From contig OZ025746.1 of the NCBI GenBank assembly GCA_964019335.1, forward strand, positions 297,811 to 361,810: a DNA stretch of 64,000 nucleotides, in the 5' to 3' direction. A model generated the notes under the pieces. The model was not told the DNA's origin and did not search any database. It saw only the letters and a list, made by a program, of their open reading frames with translations. Positions 53,201 through 64,000 of the stretch are shown here, one piece after another. The DNA comes from Diplonema japonicum. Lineage: Eukaryota; Protista; Euglenozoa: Diplonemea. A program made the translations under genes and the position numbers. Within the stretch, counting starts at the first letter, position 1; every line of letters begins with the position of its first letter.

Positions 53201-56200
53201 GTGGCCTCTTCGTACCTGAAGAAAGGCGGCCAGGTGGGGGTATCGGTCCCTGCTGGAATGGAGGCGGCTATACACACCATCAGGCAGTATGTGGACAGGG
53301 AACGGGGCAACAAGCAGGAAAACAAGGTGATCCTCAAGATCGACTACGCCAACGCCTTCAACAGTGTTTGTCGGAGGCAGCTGTGCTCACAGGCCTATGA
53401 GCAAGCGTCGGGGCTGTATGCGTGGGCCGATTGGTGCTACAGGGTGCCCTCCCAATTATACTACAACGGAAAGGTGATTAAGTCCCAGGAAGGGGTGCAA
53501 CAGGGGGACCCGATGGGACCGCTGCTGTTCTCTCTGGCCATCCAACCCCTGGTGAACAAGATAAGTGAAGACTGCAACCTGGACATCCTCCAGTTCTACC
53601 TGGACGATGGCGTCCTTGTGGGGAATGTGGATGAAGTGAGAAAGGCGTACAACATCTTGTGTGAGCTGAGCGGAATGATAGGGCTGAAAGTGAAACCCCA
53701 GAAGTGCGAGCTCATATGGGTTAGTGGCGACCTCCCCCAGACAGTGGAGGACACAGGCTTCGATGGCCTGACAGAAGAGAATTTCCACAAAGAGAGGAAC
53801 TTCATGCTCCTGGGGGCGCCGATAGGATCGCCGGAGTACACGCAAGCCTTTCTGAACAAACGCTTGGACGCGCTGGAAGAGAACTTCGACATGCTGACCA
53901 AGGTGGGGAGGCAGACAGGGTACACACTTCTCCGGTATTGCAGCTCATACAGCAAACTGGTGTTTTACATGAGAGTGGTCCCAGACTCGCATGTGGGAGG
54001 GGTCATGCACAGGTTCGACGAGATGGTGCGGAAGACGATGTCGAAGGTGTGCGGCATGCAGTTCGAGAACGGGTCGAAAGAATGGCAGCAGGCGAAACTG
54101 TCCGTAAAAGTCGGTGGGCTTGGGATGAGGAGCTGCCAGGAGCACCTGCGCGCGGCCAACATGGCTTCGAGGGCGTCGACGATGAAGCTGTGCAAGGAGC
54201 TGGATCCCAAATACGAACATGGGCTGGAAGGGGGTGTATGGGGGAGCTGGCTCGAGTGGTTCAACAGGACGAAGGGCGGCATGCAGATTACACCCGACAT
54301 GGTGGCCAAGGCCCCCCACATCTGCAGCCAGAGGTGGCTCTCTAGGGTGCTTGATGAGAAGGCGCTGGAGGACCTCTTGGCGAAAGCAGATGCACGCTCG
54401 AGAGCGAGGTTGATGTCGGAGTCAATGCACTATGCGGGGGCGTGGTTGACGGCGACGCCTGACTTCTACAACCAGCTGTCGGACAACGAGTTTGGGGCTC
54501 TGATCAAGTGGTGGTTGGGGGCTCCGGTCTACAAGCAGGGTGAGAGCTGCCACGACCCGAGGTGCAAGACTGAGGGGATGGACGTATGGGGTGACCATGC
54601 CCAGGGATGCGGCAACGCCAGGATTGCGAGGCACGACCGGGTGAAGGAGACCATCCACAGACACTGTCAGTGGGCCGGGGTGAGCGCAACGATGGAGAAG
54701 ACGGGGCTGATCCCGGGGTCGTCCCAGCGCCCGGCGGACGTGTTCTTCCCAGGTGGGGTGGGGGGTTCCCGCCCAATGGCTATGGACGTGGTCATCGTGC
54801 ACCCGAGGAACGAGTCTTGTGTCAACCAGGCGGCGAAGACTGCGGGGTACACAGCGGCGAAGGCGGAACACTACAAGCGCCAGAAGTATGAGGCGGAGCT
54901 CGCCAAGACACGCGTGGCCTTTGTACCTTTCGCGATGGAGACCTTTGGGGGGTTCGGGGAGGCAGCAGTCTACCTCACGAAGAAACTGTCCAGGAGCATA
55001 GCTGCGCGGGCTCACGGGGACAGAGTCTCGATACACAGGCGTGTGGTCCAAGAGGTGTCAACGGCCATGATGAGATCGATAGCAGGGGCGCTGTTAGTCA
55101 AAGGGCCTGTACAGTTGGATCCAGGGCCCCCGGTACCGGACGGCGAAGAGGAAAAAAAGGACAACGAGGAAGCGAACAACGAACCCAACACTGAATCCAA
55201 CACTGACCTCACAGAGGACTCCTTCGGCAATGAAAAAACCACAGAGGTGGTTGCCACGGACCTCCCCACCCTGGAAGAGCTGAAGTGGAGCAAGAAGGAC
55301 AAGAAGCGGGCCCGGGCCCGATCGGCCAGTACTGACTCGGATTGTGTGGAGGGTGGCTACATCTATCTGAAGGGTACGGGGGCGGATGGCACCGTGGTCG
55401 AAGCCAACATATGCAGGGGTGAGCTCAAGGGGATGACCAGGCCCCAGTTCAAGTTCTTGGCAGAGCACAGGTTGATGGAAGAGCTGGGGAGCGACGACCT
55501 GGTGTGGGACACGGTCAAGGTGCGCAACAAGGAGAACTGGGCCCCGGTGAACAGTGCGGTGGCTTGGCTGCAGCTCGAGTCGGGGAGGGCACGGGTGGGG
55601 CCCATACCCCACAAGAAGAGGTCCAAAGGCTCGCTGGCCAGATAGGCCAGCGGGGGTGTGGGGGGCTGTTCTCCCCCCCCCCGCCATAGGAAGATGTGAA
55701 ACTTTTTTTTTTTTTTCTGAGAAAAAAAAAAAAGGGAAAAATAAAAGAATAGGGAACAGGTGCTACAACGGCCAGGCTAGATAGAACCACTTAGATTTTT
55801 TTTTTTTTCTTTTTGTTTTTCCTTTTTTTTTTTTTTTTTTTTATTTTTCTGTTTTTCTTTTTCTTTTTCTTTTTGAAGTGGAACCATCTCGGTCGACGTT
55901 TTTTTTTTTTTTTCTTTTTTCTTTTGTGGTGATGTGTTTTTCCTGTTTTTGATTTTCTTCTTCCCCCGCTCTATGCTTTTTCGCATGGACATTGGCCACT
56001 CTGCCCCTTTCCCCTTTTTTGATTCTCCCTCTTTCCCCCTCCTAAATTTTACCCCCTGCCCCACTCATTCCTCCCTAGTATGTTTTTGAATTTGCCTCTT
56101 CTTCTTTTAAGCCTTTTTTGAGATTTTTATTTTTGAATTTTTATCATTTGGAGTTGCTTCTTCTTCTTCCCCTCTCCCTCCCATAAAGAAAAAGAGAAAC

Positions 56201-56314
56201 CCATGCCTTCCTCCCAGGTTGGAACTTGATTGTCTGTTTTGGAATATTTTTATTTTCTCTTAAGGTTTATCATGCCTTGTGTGTCTTTTGAAGGAAAAAA
56301 AAAAAAAAAAAAAA
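50294..56314 (+). mobile_element. CRE-clade retrotransposon, array unit 2
   Basis: Unit 1 shifted by 6,021 bp. Confidence 0.92.
50651..55645 (+). CDS. Retrotransposon polyprotein (OTU-RT-RLE), copy 2
   Basis: Translation identical to copy 1 in the ORF track. Confidence 0.93.
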   Translation: MGHSKEGVRWEHLGVWAWVALVSLLLIPGVRQVLGAGIGMAPSFLHAAVLWKRPGSNRRTTHRSRVQVGPRGDEWSAGELAWLAVGGTLVGSTSVWIGGLMSLWAMSEVMVWKAGADPTQRFGPVKLRKTRRGSRGHYLPVYLGPPRSSRRRKKKEDAKQAAKERAETEDKLFQAEHLDPFADLMLAGDVLQGGGDPPPMDLDDEHMEAQKEGEKEGSDKHQCRMEDCSFRTSVASCLVKHLNAVHHHFVKQEQARSMKVNLCGTCAAACSSNQTHCALHRQRNLWNPDKQPRAGKSVDEIMKSFKLTRRSTEKDGNCMFHALAGSLGEAYGDHTHIRSEVVEWMKHREEHYAPFCSEGWDRYLEGMGTAATWGDHLCLAAAAQAFGRTILVVAGGNNPVLMIGEYNSDHEKVVVLAYNGNHYEYAVGEEESMMMLLDESQSVALQKAGKQPSEALGEDIGEWDIIDRAIPGYGKAGVLDQMGARNQQFLYCPVANCARSKCKSTTPFNSTRVWKCHLDGHLESDEIPESVLRRLDLERCLVCRGCVWKGQGCHDECKKAVRREGEYTTPPPAPTRTELPSLETIAAMNVTTMGSIPTSLQRLWGLTLKHTLGRAVKDNTEEAWLLVAMLPKACLWKKRGGKKRDKETELSVQARLEEWEKGNYMALWNKLESGEKGEPKNDEVSKVARATELCSKGRFSAGNAALVAQGLAEDNEDCWRALQSKHPEPLHPQWDNPAKTKEAVEVLPEEVLDAIRDFPRGTAAGPTGLRAQHIKDAVDGAFESQGCLMSVTRAVNALARGTAPREVAPLMAGANLVALKKNDRDVRPIAVGDVLRRLVGKSLVKKIAPEVASSYLKKGGQVGVSVPAGMEAAIHTIRQYVDRERGNKQENKVILKIDYANAFNSVCRRQLCSQAYEQASGLYAWADWCYRVPSQLYYNGKVIKSQEGVQQGDPMGPLLFSLAIQPLVNKISEDCNLDILQFYLDDGVLVGNVDEVRKAYNILCELSGMIGLKVKPQKCELIWVSGDLPQTVEDTGFDGLTEENFHKERNFMLLGAPIGSPEYTQAFLNKRLDALEENFDMLTKVGRQTGYTLLRYCSSYSKLVFYMRVVPDSHVGGVMHRFDEMVRKTMSKVCGMQFENGSKEWQQAKLSVKVGGLGMRSCQEHLRAANMASRASTMKLCKELDPKYEHGLEGGVWGSWLEWFNRTKGGMQITPDMVAKAPHICSQRWLSRVLDEKALEDLLAKADARSRARLMSESMHYAGAWLTATPDFYNQLSDNEFGALIKWWLGAPVYKQGESCHDPRCKTEGMDVWGDHAQGCGNARIARHDRVKETIHRHCQWAGVSATMEKTGLIPGSSQRPADVFFPGGVGGSRPMAMDVVIVHPRNESCVNQAAKTAGYTAAKAEHYKRQKYEAELAKTRVAFVPFAMETFGGFGEAAVYLTKKLSRSIAARAHGDRVSIHRRVVQEVSTAMMRSIAGALLVKGPVQLDPGPPVPDGEEEKKDNEEANNEPNTESNTDLTEDSFGNEKTTEVVATDLPTLEELKWSKKDKKRARARSASTDSDCVEGGYIYLKGTGADGTVVEANICRGELKGMTRPQFKFLAEHRLMEELGSDDLVWDTVKVRNKENWAPVNSAVAWLQLESGRARVGPIPHKKRSKGSLAR

Positions 56315-59300
56315 CATTCTCAAGTCCCCCTTTTTATTTATTTTCTCAAGTCCCCCTTTTTATTTATTTTCTCAAGTCCCCCTTTTTATTTATTTTCTCA
56401 AGTCCCCCTTTTTATTTATTTTCTCAAGTCCCCCTTTTTATTTATTTTCTCAAGTCCCCCTTTTTATTTATTTTCTCAAGTCCCCCTTTTTATTTATTTT
56501 CTCAAGTCCCCCTTTTTATTTATTTTCTCAAGTCCCCCTTTTTATTTATTTTCTCAAGTCCCCCTTTTTATTTATTTTCTCAAGTCCCCCTTTTTATTTA
56601 TTTATTTACCCCTGGCACCCAGAATCCCAGCACCTGGGGCTGCAACCGGCACAAGGAGGCACCGCAGACGGATGGGACACAGCAAGGAAGGGGTGAGATG
56701 GGAGCACCTGGGGGTGTGGGCCTGGGTTGCCCTGGTCTCCCTCTTGCTGATCCCAGGGGTGAGGCAGGTGCTGGGGGCGGGCATCGGGATGGCCCCCTCC
56801 TTCCTGCATGCGGCAGTGTTGTGGAAGAGGCCGGGGAGCAACAGGAGGACCACCCACAGGTCAAGGGTACAGGTGGGGCCCCGAGGGGATGAATGGTCCG
56901 CCGGGGAGCTCGCTTGGCTAGCAGTAGGGGGCACTCTGGTGGGAAGCACTTCAGTTTGGATAGGGGGGCTGATGTCGCTCTGGGCCATGTCGGAAGTGAT
57001 GGTGTGGAAAGCTGGTGCTGACCCGACCCAGAGATTCGGACCGGTAAAGCTGAGGAAGACAAGACGCGGATCGAGAGGTCACTACCTGCCGGTGTACTTG
57101 GGCCCGCCTAGAAGCTCAAGACGCAGAAAAAAGAAGGAAGACGCCAAGCAAGCAGCGAAGGAACGAGCCGAGACGGAGGATAAGCTCTTTCAGGCCGAAC
57201 ACCTGGACCCCTTTGCGGACTTGATGCTGGCAGGGGACGTGTTGCAAGGAGGTGGTGACCCTCCCCCCATGGATTTGGATGATGAGCACATGGAGGCACA
57301 GAAGGAGGGGGAAAAAGAAGGATCAGACAAACATCAATGCCGGATGGAAGACTGCTCTTTCCGCACCAGTGTGGCAAGCTGTCTAGTTAAACACCTCAAT
57401 GCGGTCCACCATCATTTTGTGAAACAAGAGCAGGCAAGGAGCATGAAGGTGAACCTCTGTGGAACGTGTGCTGCGGCGTGCTCGTCGAACCAGACGCACT
57501 GTGCACTACACAGGCAGCGGAATCTGTGGAACCCCGACAAACAACCCAGGGCCGGCAAGTCAGTGGACGAGATCATGAAGAGCTTCAAGCTGACGAGGAG
57601 ATCGACGGAGAAGGATGGGAACTGCATGTTCCACGCCCTGGCCGGTTCGCTCGGGGAAGCCTACGGCGACCACACCCACATCAGGAGCGAGGTTGTAGAA
57701 TGGATGAAACACCGGGAGGAGCACTATGCCCCGTTTTGCAGTGAGGGTTGGGACCGGTACTTGGAAGGGATGGGCACAGCAGCGACGTGGGGAGACCACT
57801 TGTGCCTGGCAGCCGCAGCACAAGCGTTTGGCCGCACGATACTCGTGGTTGCTGGGGGGAACAACCCAGTCCTGATGATAGGGGAGTACAACTCCGACCA
57901 CGAGAAGGTGGTGGTGCTGGCGTACAACGGCAACCACTACGAGTATGCAGTCGGAGAGGAGGAGTCGATGATGATGCTCCTTGATGAGTCCCAATCGGTA
58001 GCTCTACAAAAGGCAGGTAAGCAACCCTCCGAGGCCCTGGGTGAGGACATCGGGGAGTGGGACATAATAGACCGTGCGATCCCTGGATACGGGAAGGCAG
58101 GGGTGTTGGACCAGATGGGGGCAAGGAACCAGCAATTCCTGTACTGTCCGGTGGCGAACTGCGCTAGGTCGAAGTGCAAAAGCACGACCCCGTTCAACTC
58201 GACAAGGGTATGGAAGTGTCACCTGGATGGGCACCTGGAGAGTGATGAGATCCCGGAGAGCGTTCTGAGGAGACTGGACCTCGAGAGGTGCCTGGTGTGC
58301 AGGGGCTGTGTGTGGAAGGGTCAGGGGTGCCACGACGAGTGCAAAAAGGCGGTGCGAAGGGAAGGGGAATACACGACCCCCCCGCCGGCCCCGACGAGGA
58401 CCGAGTTACCCAGCCTGGAAACCATAGCCGCCATGAACGTCACGACCATGGGGTCGATCCCGACGAGCCTTCAAAGACTGTGGGGGCTTACCCTTAAGCA
58501 CACTCTGGGCCGAGCGGTGAAGGACAACACAGAGGAGGCTTGGCTGCTGGTGGCGATGCTCCCCAAAGCCTGCCTGTGGAAGAAGAGGGGAGGGAAGAAG
58601 CGGGACAAGGAGACGGAGCTGAGTGTCCAGGCCAGATTGGAGGAGTGGGAGAAGGGAAATTACATGGCCCTCTGGAATAAGCTGGAATCAGGTGAGAAGG
58701 GGGAACCTAAGAACGACGAGGTCTCTAAGGTCGCCAGGGCCACGGAACTGTGCAGCAAAGGGAGGTTCTCGGCAGGAAACGCGGCGCTTGTAGCCCAGGG
58801 GCTGGCGGAAGACAATGAGGATTGCTGGAGAGCGCTGCAGAGCAAACATCCAGAGCCACTACACCCCCAATGGGACAACCCGGCGAAGACGAAGGAAGCG
58901 GTAGAAGTCTTGCCAGAAGAAGTGCTGGACGCAATCAGGGACTTCCCGAGGGGGACTGCTGCGGGACCGACTGGTCTGAGAGCCCAGCACATCAAGGACG
59001 CGGTGGACGGAGCTTTTGAGTCTCAAGGCTGTTTGATGTCGGTGACGAGGGCAGTCAACGCATTAGCTAGAGGCACGGCCCCTAGGGAGGTGGCTCCGCT
59101 GATGGCAGGGGCGAACCTTGTGGCCCTCAAGAAGAACGACAGGGACGTGCGGCCCATAGCCGTTGGGGATGTGCTGCGTCGGCTGGTGGGGAAATCCCTT
59201 GTGAAGAAGATCGCTCCGGAAGTGGCCTCTTCGTACCTGAAGAAAGGCGGCCAGGTGGGGGTATCGGTCCCTGCTGGAATGGAGGCGGCTATACACACCA

Positions 59301-62300
59301 TCAGGCAGTATGTGGACAGGGAACGGGGCAACAAGCAGGAAAACAAGGTGATCCTCAAGATCGACTACGCCAACGCCTTCAACAGTGTTTGTCGGAGGCA
59401 GCTGTGCTCACAGGCCTATGAGCAAGCGTCGGGGCTGTATGCGTGGGCCGATTGGTGCTACAGGGTGCCCTCCCAATTATACTACAACGGAAAGGTGATT
59501 AAGTCCCAGGAAGGGGTGCAACAGGGGGACCCGATGGGACCGCTGCTGTTCTCTCTGGCCATCCAACCCCTGGTGAACAAGATAAGTGAAGACTGCAACC
59601 TGGACATCCTCCAGTTCTACCTGGACGATGGCGTCCTTGTGGGGAATGTGGATGAAGTGAGAAAGGCGTACAACATCTTGTGTGAGCTGAGCGGAATGAT
59701 AGGGCTGAAAGTGAAACCCCAGAAGTGCGAGCTCATATGGGTTAGTGGCGACCTCCCCCAGACAGTGGAGGACACAGGCTTCGATGGCCTGACAGAAGAG
59801 AATTTCCACAAAGAGAGGAACTTCATGCTCCTGGGGGCGCCGATAGGATCGCCGGAGTACACGCAAGCCTTTCTGAACAAACGCTTGGACGCGCTGGAAG
59901 AGAACTTCGACATGCTGACCAAGGTGGGGAGGCAGACAGGGTACACACTTCTCCGGTATTGCAGCTCATACAGCAAACTGGTGTTTTACATGAGAGTGGT
60001 CCCAGACTCGCATGTGGGAGGGGTCATGCACAGGTTCGACGAGATGGTGCGGAAGACGATGTCGAAGGTGTGCGGCATGCAGTTCGAGAACGGGTCGAAA
60101 GAATGGCAGCAGGCGAAACTGTCCGTAAAAGTCGGTGGGCTTGGGATGAGGAGCTGCCAGGAGCACCTGCGCGCGGCCAACATGGCTTCGAGGGCGTCGA
60201 CGATGAAGCTGTGCAAGGAGCTGGATCCCAAATACGAACATGGGCTGGAAGGGGGTGTATGGGGGAGCTGGCTCGAGTGGTTCAACAGGACGAAGGGCGG
60301 CATGCAGATTACACCCGACATGGTGGCCAAGGCCCCCCACATCTGCAGCCAGAGGTGGCTCTCTAGGGTGCTTGATGAGAAGGCGCTGGAGGACCTCTTG
60401 GCGAAAGCAGATGCACGCTCGAGAGCGAGGTTGATGTCGGAGTCAATGCACTATGCGGGGGCGTGGTTGACGGCGACGCCTGACTTCTACAACCAGCTGT
60501 CGGACAACGAGTTTGGGGCTCTGATCAAGTGGTGGTTGGGGGCTCCGGTCTACAAGCAGGGTGAGAGCTGCCACGACCCGAGGTGCAAGACTGAGGGGAT
60601 GGACGTATGGGGTGACCATGCCCAGGGATGCGGCAACGCCAGGATTGCGAGGCACGACCGGGTGAAGGAGACCATCCACAGACACTGTCAGTGGGCCGGG
60701 GTGAGCGCAACGATGGAGAAGACGGGGCTGATCCCGGGGTCGTCCCAGCGCCCGGCGGACGTGTTCTTCCCAGGTGGGGTGGGGGGTTCCCGCCCAATGG
60801 CTATGGACGTGGTCATCGTGCACCCGAGGAACGAGTCTTGTGTCAACCAGGCGGCGAAGACTGCGGGGTACACAGCGGCGAAGGCGGAACACTACAAGCG
60901 CCAGAAGTATGAGGCGGAGCTCGCCAAGACACGCGTGGCCTTTGTACCTTTCGCGATGGAGACCTTTGGGGGGTTCGGGGAGGCAGCAGTCTACCTCACG
61001 AAGAAACTGTCCAGGAGCATAGCTGCGCGGGCTCACGGGGACAGAGTCTCGATACACAGGCGTGTGGTCCAAGAGGTGTCAACGGCCATGATGAGATCGA
61101 TAGCAGGGGCGCTGTTAGTCAAAGGGCCTGTACAGTTGGATCCAGGGCCCCCGGTACCGGACGGCGAAGAGGAAAAAAAGGACAACGAGGAAGCGAACAA
61201 CGAACCCAACACTGAATCCAACACTGACCTCACAGAGGACTCCTTCGGCAATGAAAAAACCACAGAGGTGGTTGCCACGGACCTCCCCACCCTGGAAGAG
61301 CTGAAGTGGAGCAAGAAGGACAAGAAGCGGGCCCGGGCCCGATCGGCCAGTACTGACTCGGATTGTGTGGAGGGTGGCTACATCTATCTGAAGGGTACGG
61401 GGGCGGATGGCACCGTGGTCGAAGCCAACATATGCAGGGGTGAGCTCAAGGGGATGACCAGGCCCCAGTTCAAGTTCTTGGCAGAGCACAGGTTGATGGA
61501 AGAGCTGGGGAGCGACGACCTGGTGTGGGACACGGTCAAGGTGCGCAACAAGGAGAACTGGGCCCCGGTGAACAGTGCGGTGGCTTGGCTGCAGCTCGAG
61601 TCGGGGAGGGCACGGGTGGGGCCCATACCCCACAAGAAGAGGTCCAAAGGCTCGCTGGCCAGATAGGCCAGCGGGGGTGTGGGGGGCTGTTCTCCCCCCC
61701 CCCGCCATAGGAAGATGTGAAACTTTTTTTTTTTTTTCTGAGAAAAAAAAAAAAGGGAAAAATAAAAGAATAGGGAACAGGTGCTACAACGGCCAGGCTA
61801 GATAGAACCACTTAGATTTTTTTTTTTTTCTTTTTGTTTTTCCTTTTTTTTTTTTTTTTTTTTATTTTTCTGTTTTTCTTTTTCTTTTTCTTTTTGAAGT
61901 GGAACCATCTCGGTCGACGTTTTTTTTTTTTTTTCTTTTTTCTTTTGTGGTGATGTGTTTTTCCTGTTTTTGATTTTCTTCTTCCCCCGCTCTATGCTTT
62001 TTCGCATGGACATTGGCCACTCTGCCCCTTTCCCCTTTTTTGATTCTCCCTCTTTCCCCCTCCTAAATTTTACCCCCTGCCCCACTCATTCCTCCCTAGT
62101 ATGTTTTTGAATTTGCCTCTTCTTCTTTTAAGCCTTTTTTGAGATTTTTATTTTTGAATTTTTATCATTTGGAGTTGCTTCTTCTTCTTCCCCTCTCCCT
62201 CCCATAAAGAAAAAGAGAAACCCATGCCTTCCTCCCAGGTTGGAACTTGATTGTCTGTTTTGGAATATTTTTATTTTCTCTTAAGGTTTATCATGCCTTG

Positions 62301-62335
62301 TGTGTCTTTTGAAGGAAAAAAAAAAAAAAAAAAAA
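56315..62335 (+). mobile_element. CRE-clade retrotransposon, array unit 3
   Basis: Unit 1 shifted by 12,042 bp. Confidence 0.92.
56672..61666 (+). CDS. Retrotransposon polyprotein (OTU-RT-RLE), copy 3
   Basis: Translation identical to copy 1 in the ORF track. Confidence 0.93.
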   Translation: MGHSKEGVRWEHLGVWAWVALVSLLLIPGVRQVLGAGIGMAPSFLHAAVLWKRPGSNRRTTHRSRVQVGPRGDEWSAGELAWLAVGGTLVGSTSVWIGGLMSLWAMSEVMVWKAGADPTQRFGPVKLRKTRRGSRGHYLPVYLGPPRSSRRRKKKEDAKQAAKERAETEDKLFQAEHLDPFADLMLAGDVLQGGGDPPPMDLDDEHMEAQKEGEKEGSDKHQCRMEDCSFRTSVASCLVKHLNAVHHHFVKQEQARSMKVNLCGTCAAACSSNQTHCALHRQRNLWNPDKQPRAGKSVDEIMKSFKLTRRSTEKDGNCMFHALAGSLGEAYGDHTHIRSEVVEWMKHREEHYAPFCSEGWDRYLEGMGTAATWGDHLCLAAAAQAFGRTILVVAGGNNPVLMIGEYNSDHEKVVVLAYNGNHYEYAVGEEESMMMLLDESQSVALQKAGKQPSEALGEDIGEWDIIDRAIPGYGKAGVLDQMGARNQQFLYCPVANCARSKCKSTTPFNSTRVWKCHLDGHLESDEIPESVLRRLDLERCLVCRGCVWKGQGCHDECKKAVRREGEYTTPPPAPTRTELPSLETIAAMNVTTMGSIPTSLQRLWGLTLKHTLGRAVKDNTEEAWLLVAMLPKACLWKKRGGKKRDKETELSVQARLEEWEKGNYMALWNKLESGEKGEPKNDEVSKVARATELCSKGRFSAGNAALVAQGLAEDNEDCWRALQSKHPEPLHPQWDNPAKTKEAVEVLPEEVLDAIRDFPRGTAAGPTGLRAQHIKDAVDGAFESQGCLMSVTRAVNALARGTAPREVAPLMAGANLVALKKNDRDVRPIAVGDVLRRLVGKSLVKKIAPEVASSYLKKGGQVGVSVPAGMEAAIHTIRQYVDRERGNKQENKVILKIDYANAFNSVCRRQLCSQAYEQASGLYAWADWCYRVPSQLYYNGKVIKSQEGVQQGDPMGPLLFSLAIQPLVNKISEDCNLDILQFYLDDGVLVGNVDEVRKAYNILCELSGMIGLKVKPQKCELIWVSGDLPQTVEDTGFDGLTEENFHKERNFMLLGAPIGSPEYTQAFLNKRLDALEENFDMLTKVGRQTGYTLLRYCSSYSKLVFYMRVVPDSHVGGVMHRFDEMVRKTMSKVCGMQFENGSKEWQQAKLSVKVGGLGMRSCQEHLRAANMASRASTMKLCKELDPKYEHGLEGGVWGSWLEWFNRTKGGMQITPDMVAKAPHICSQRWLSRVLDEKALEDLLAKADARSRARLMSESMHYAGAWLTATPDFYNQLSDNEFGALIKWWLGAPVYKQGESCHDPRCKTEGMDVWGDHAQGCGNARIARHDRVKETIHRHCQWAGVSATMEKTGLIPGSSQRPADVFFPGGVGGSRPMAMDVVIVHPRNESCVNQAAKTAGYTAAKAEHYKRQKYEAELAKTRVAFVPFAMETFGGFGEAAVYLTKKLSRSIAARAHGDRVSIHRRVVQEVSTAMMRSIAGALLVKGPVQLDPGPPVPDGEEEKKDNEEANNEPNTESNTDLTEDSFGNEKTTEVVATDLPTLEELKWSKKDKKRARARSASTDSDCVEGGYIYLKGTGADGTVVEANICRGELKGMTRPQFKFLAEHRLMEELGSDDLVWDTVKVRNKENWAPVNSAVAWLQLESGRARVGPIPHKKRSKGSLAR

Positions 62336-64000
62336 CATTCTCAAGTCCCCCTTTTTATTTATTTTCTCAAGTCCCCCTTTTTATTTATTTTCTCAAGTCC
62401 CCCTTTTTATTTATTTTCTCAAGTCCCCCTTTTTATTTATTTTCTCAAGTCCCCCTTTTTATTTATTTTCTCAAGTCCCCCTTTTTATTTATTTTCTCAA
62501 GTCCCCCTTTTTATTTATTTTCTCAAGTCCCCCTTTTTATTTATTTTCTCAAGTCCCCCTTTTTATTTATTTTCTCAAGTCCCCCTTTTTATTTATTTTC
62601 TCAAGTCCCCCTTTTTATTTATTTATTTACCCCTGGCACCCAGAATCCCAGCACCTGGGGCTGCAACCGGCACAAGGAGGCACCGCAGACGGATGGGACA
62701 CAGCAAGGAAGGGGTGAGATGGGAGCACCTGGGGGTGTGGGCCTGGGTTGCCCTGGTCTCCCTCTTGCTGATCCCAGGGGTGAGGCAGGTGCTGGGGGCG
62801 GGCATCGGGATGGCCCCCTCCTTCCTGCATGCGGCAGTGTTGTGGAAGAGGCCGGGGAGCAACAGGAGGACCACCCACAGGTCAAGGGTACAGGTGGGGC
62901 CCCGAGGGGATGAATGGTCCGCCGGGGAGCTCGCTTGGCTAGCAGTAGGGGGCACTCTGGTGGGAAGCACTTCAGTTTGGATAGGGGGGCTGATGTCGCT
63001 CTGGGCCATGTCGGAAGTGATGGTGTGGAAAGCTGGTGCTGACCCGACCCAGAGATTCGGACCGGTAAAGCTGAGGAAGACAAGACGCGGATCGAGAGGT
63101 CACTACCTGCCGGTGTACTTGGGCCCGCCTAGAAGCTCAAGACGCAGAAAAAAGAAGGAAGACGCCAAGCAAGCAGCGAAGGAACGAGCCGAGACGGAGG
63201 ATAAGCTCTTTCAGGCCGAACACCTGGACCCCTTTGCGGACTTGATGCTGGCAGGGGACGTGTTGCAAGGAGGTGGTGACCCTCCCCCCATGGATTTGGA
63301 TGATGAGCACATGGAGGCACAGAAGGAGGGGGAAAAAGAAGGATCAGACAAACATCAATGCCGGATGGAAGACTGCTCTTTCCGCACCAGTGTGGCAAGC
63401 TGTCTAGTTAAACACCTCAATGCGGTCCACCATCATTTTGTGAAACAAGAGCAGGCAAGGAGCATGAAGGTGAACCTCTGTGGAACGTGTGCTGCGGCGT
63501 GCTCGTCGAACCAGACGCACTGTGCACTACACAGGCAGCGGAATCTGTGGAACCCCGACAAACAACCCAGGGCCGGCAAGTCAGTGGACGAGATCATGAA
63601 GAGCTTCAAGCTGACGAGGAGATCGACGGAGAAGGATGGGAACTGCATGTTCCACGCCCTGGCCGGTTCGCTCGGGGAAGCCTACGGCGACCACACCCAC
63701 ATCAGGAGCGAGGTTGTAGAATGGATGAAACACCGGGAGGAGCACTATGCCCCGTTTTGCAGTGAGGGTTGGGACCGGTACTTGGAAGGGATGGGCACAG
63801 CAGCGACGTGGGGAGACCACTTGTGCCTGGCAGCCGCAGCACAAGCGTTTGGCCGCACGATACTCGTGGTTGCTGGGGGGAACAACCCAGTCCTGATGAT
63901 AGGGGAGTACAACTCCGACCACGAGAAGGTGGTGGTGCTGGCGTACAACGGCAACCACTACGAGTATGCAGTCGGAGAGGAGGAGTCGATGATGATGCTC
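62336..64000 (+). mobile_element. CRE-clade retrotransposon, array unit 4 (runs off the window; ORF from 62693 through the OTU domain)
   Basis: Unit 1 shifted by 18,063 bp. Confidence 0.9.

Overview
Eukaryotic genomic DNA, most likely a diplonemid or other euglenozoan. This is an inference from the strictly co-directional gene cluster, the short GT-AG introns, and the VIPER/TATE-like and CRE-clade retroelements. The window has three parts. (1) 1-39.2 kb: 14 protein genes, all on the minus strand. They include a TRIM-like RING-Bbox-SPRY protein, GPI transamidase subunit PIG-T/GPI16, an ER protein split by a 3.6-kb TE-filled intron, a ~4,600-aa secreted or GPI-anchored surface protein, an LRR protein, a sulfotransferase, an UNC-93-like MFS protein, a GH clan-D-like protein and two paralogous His/Cys-rich small proteins. 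Several carry tiny phase-0 introns, often filled with poly(A). (2) 39.5-43.2 kb: a CpG-depleted zone of nested TIR/foldback elements and a decayed DIRS-like (VIPER/TATE-type) RT. (3) 43.26 kb to the end: a head-to-tail array, period 6,021 bp, of a CRE-clade non-LTR retrotransposon. Its single ORF has a hydrophobic leader, an LQGG motif, zinc fingers, an intact OTU cysteine protease, RT, a restriction-like endonuclease and an extra C-terminal domain. Copies are separated by A20, then CA, then exactly 11 copies of a 26-bp repeat. The leftmost copy is 5'-truncated and shows CpG-specific decay. All domain calls come from motifs read by eye; no searches were run.
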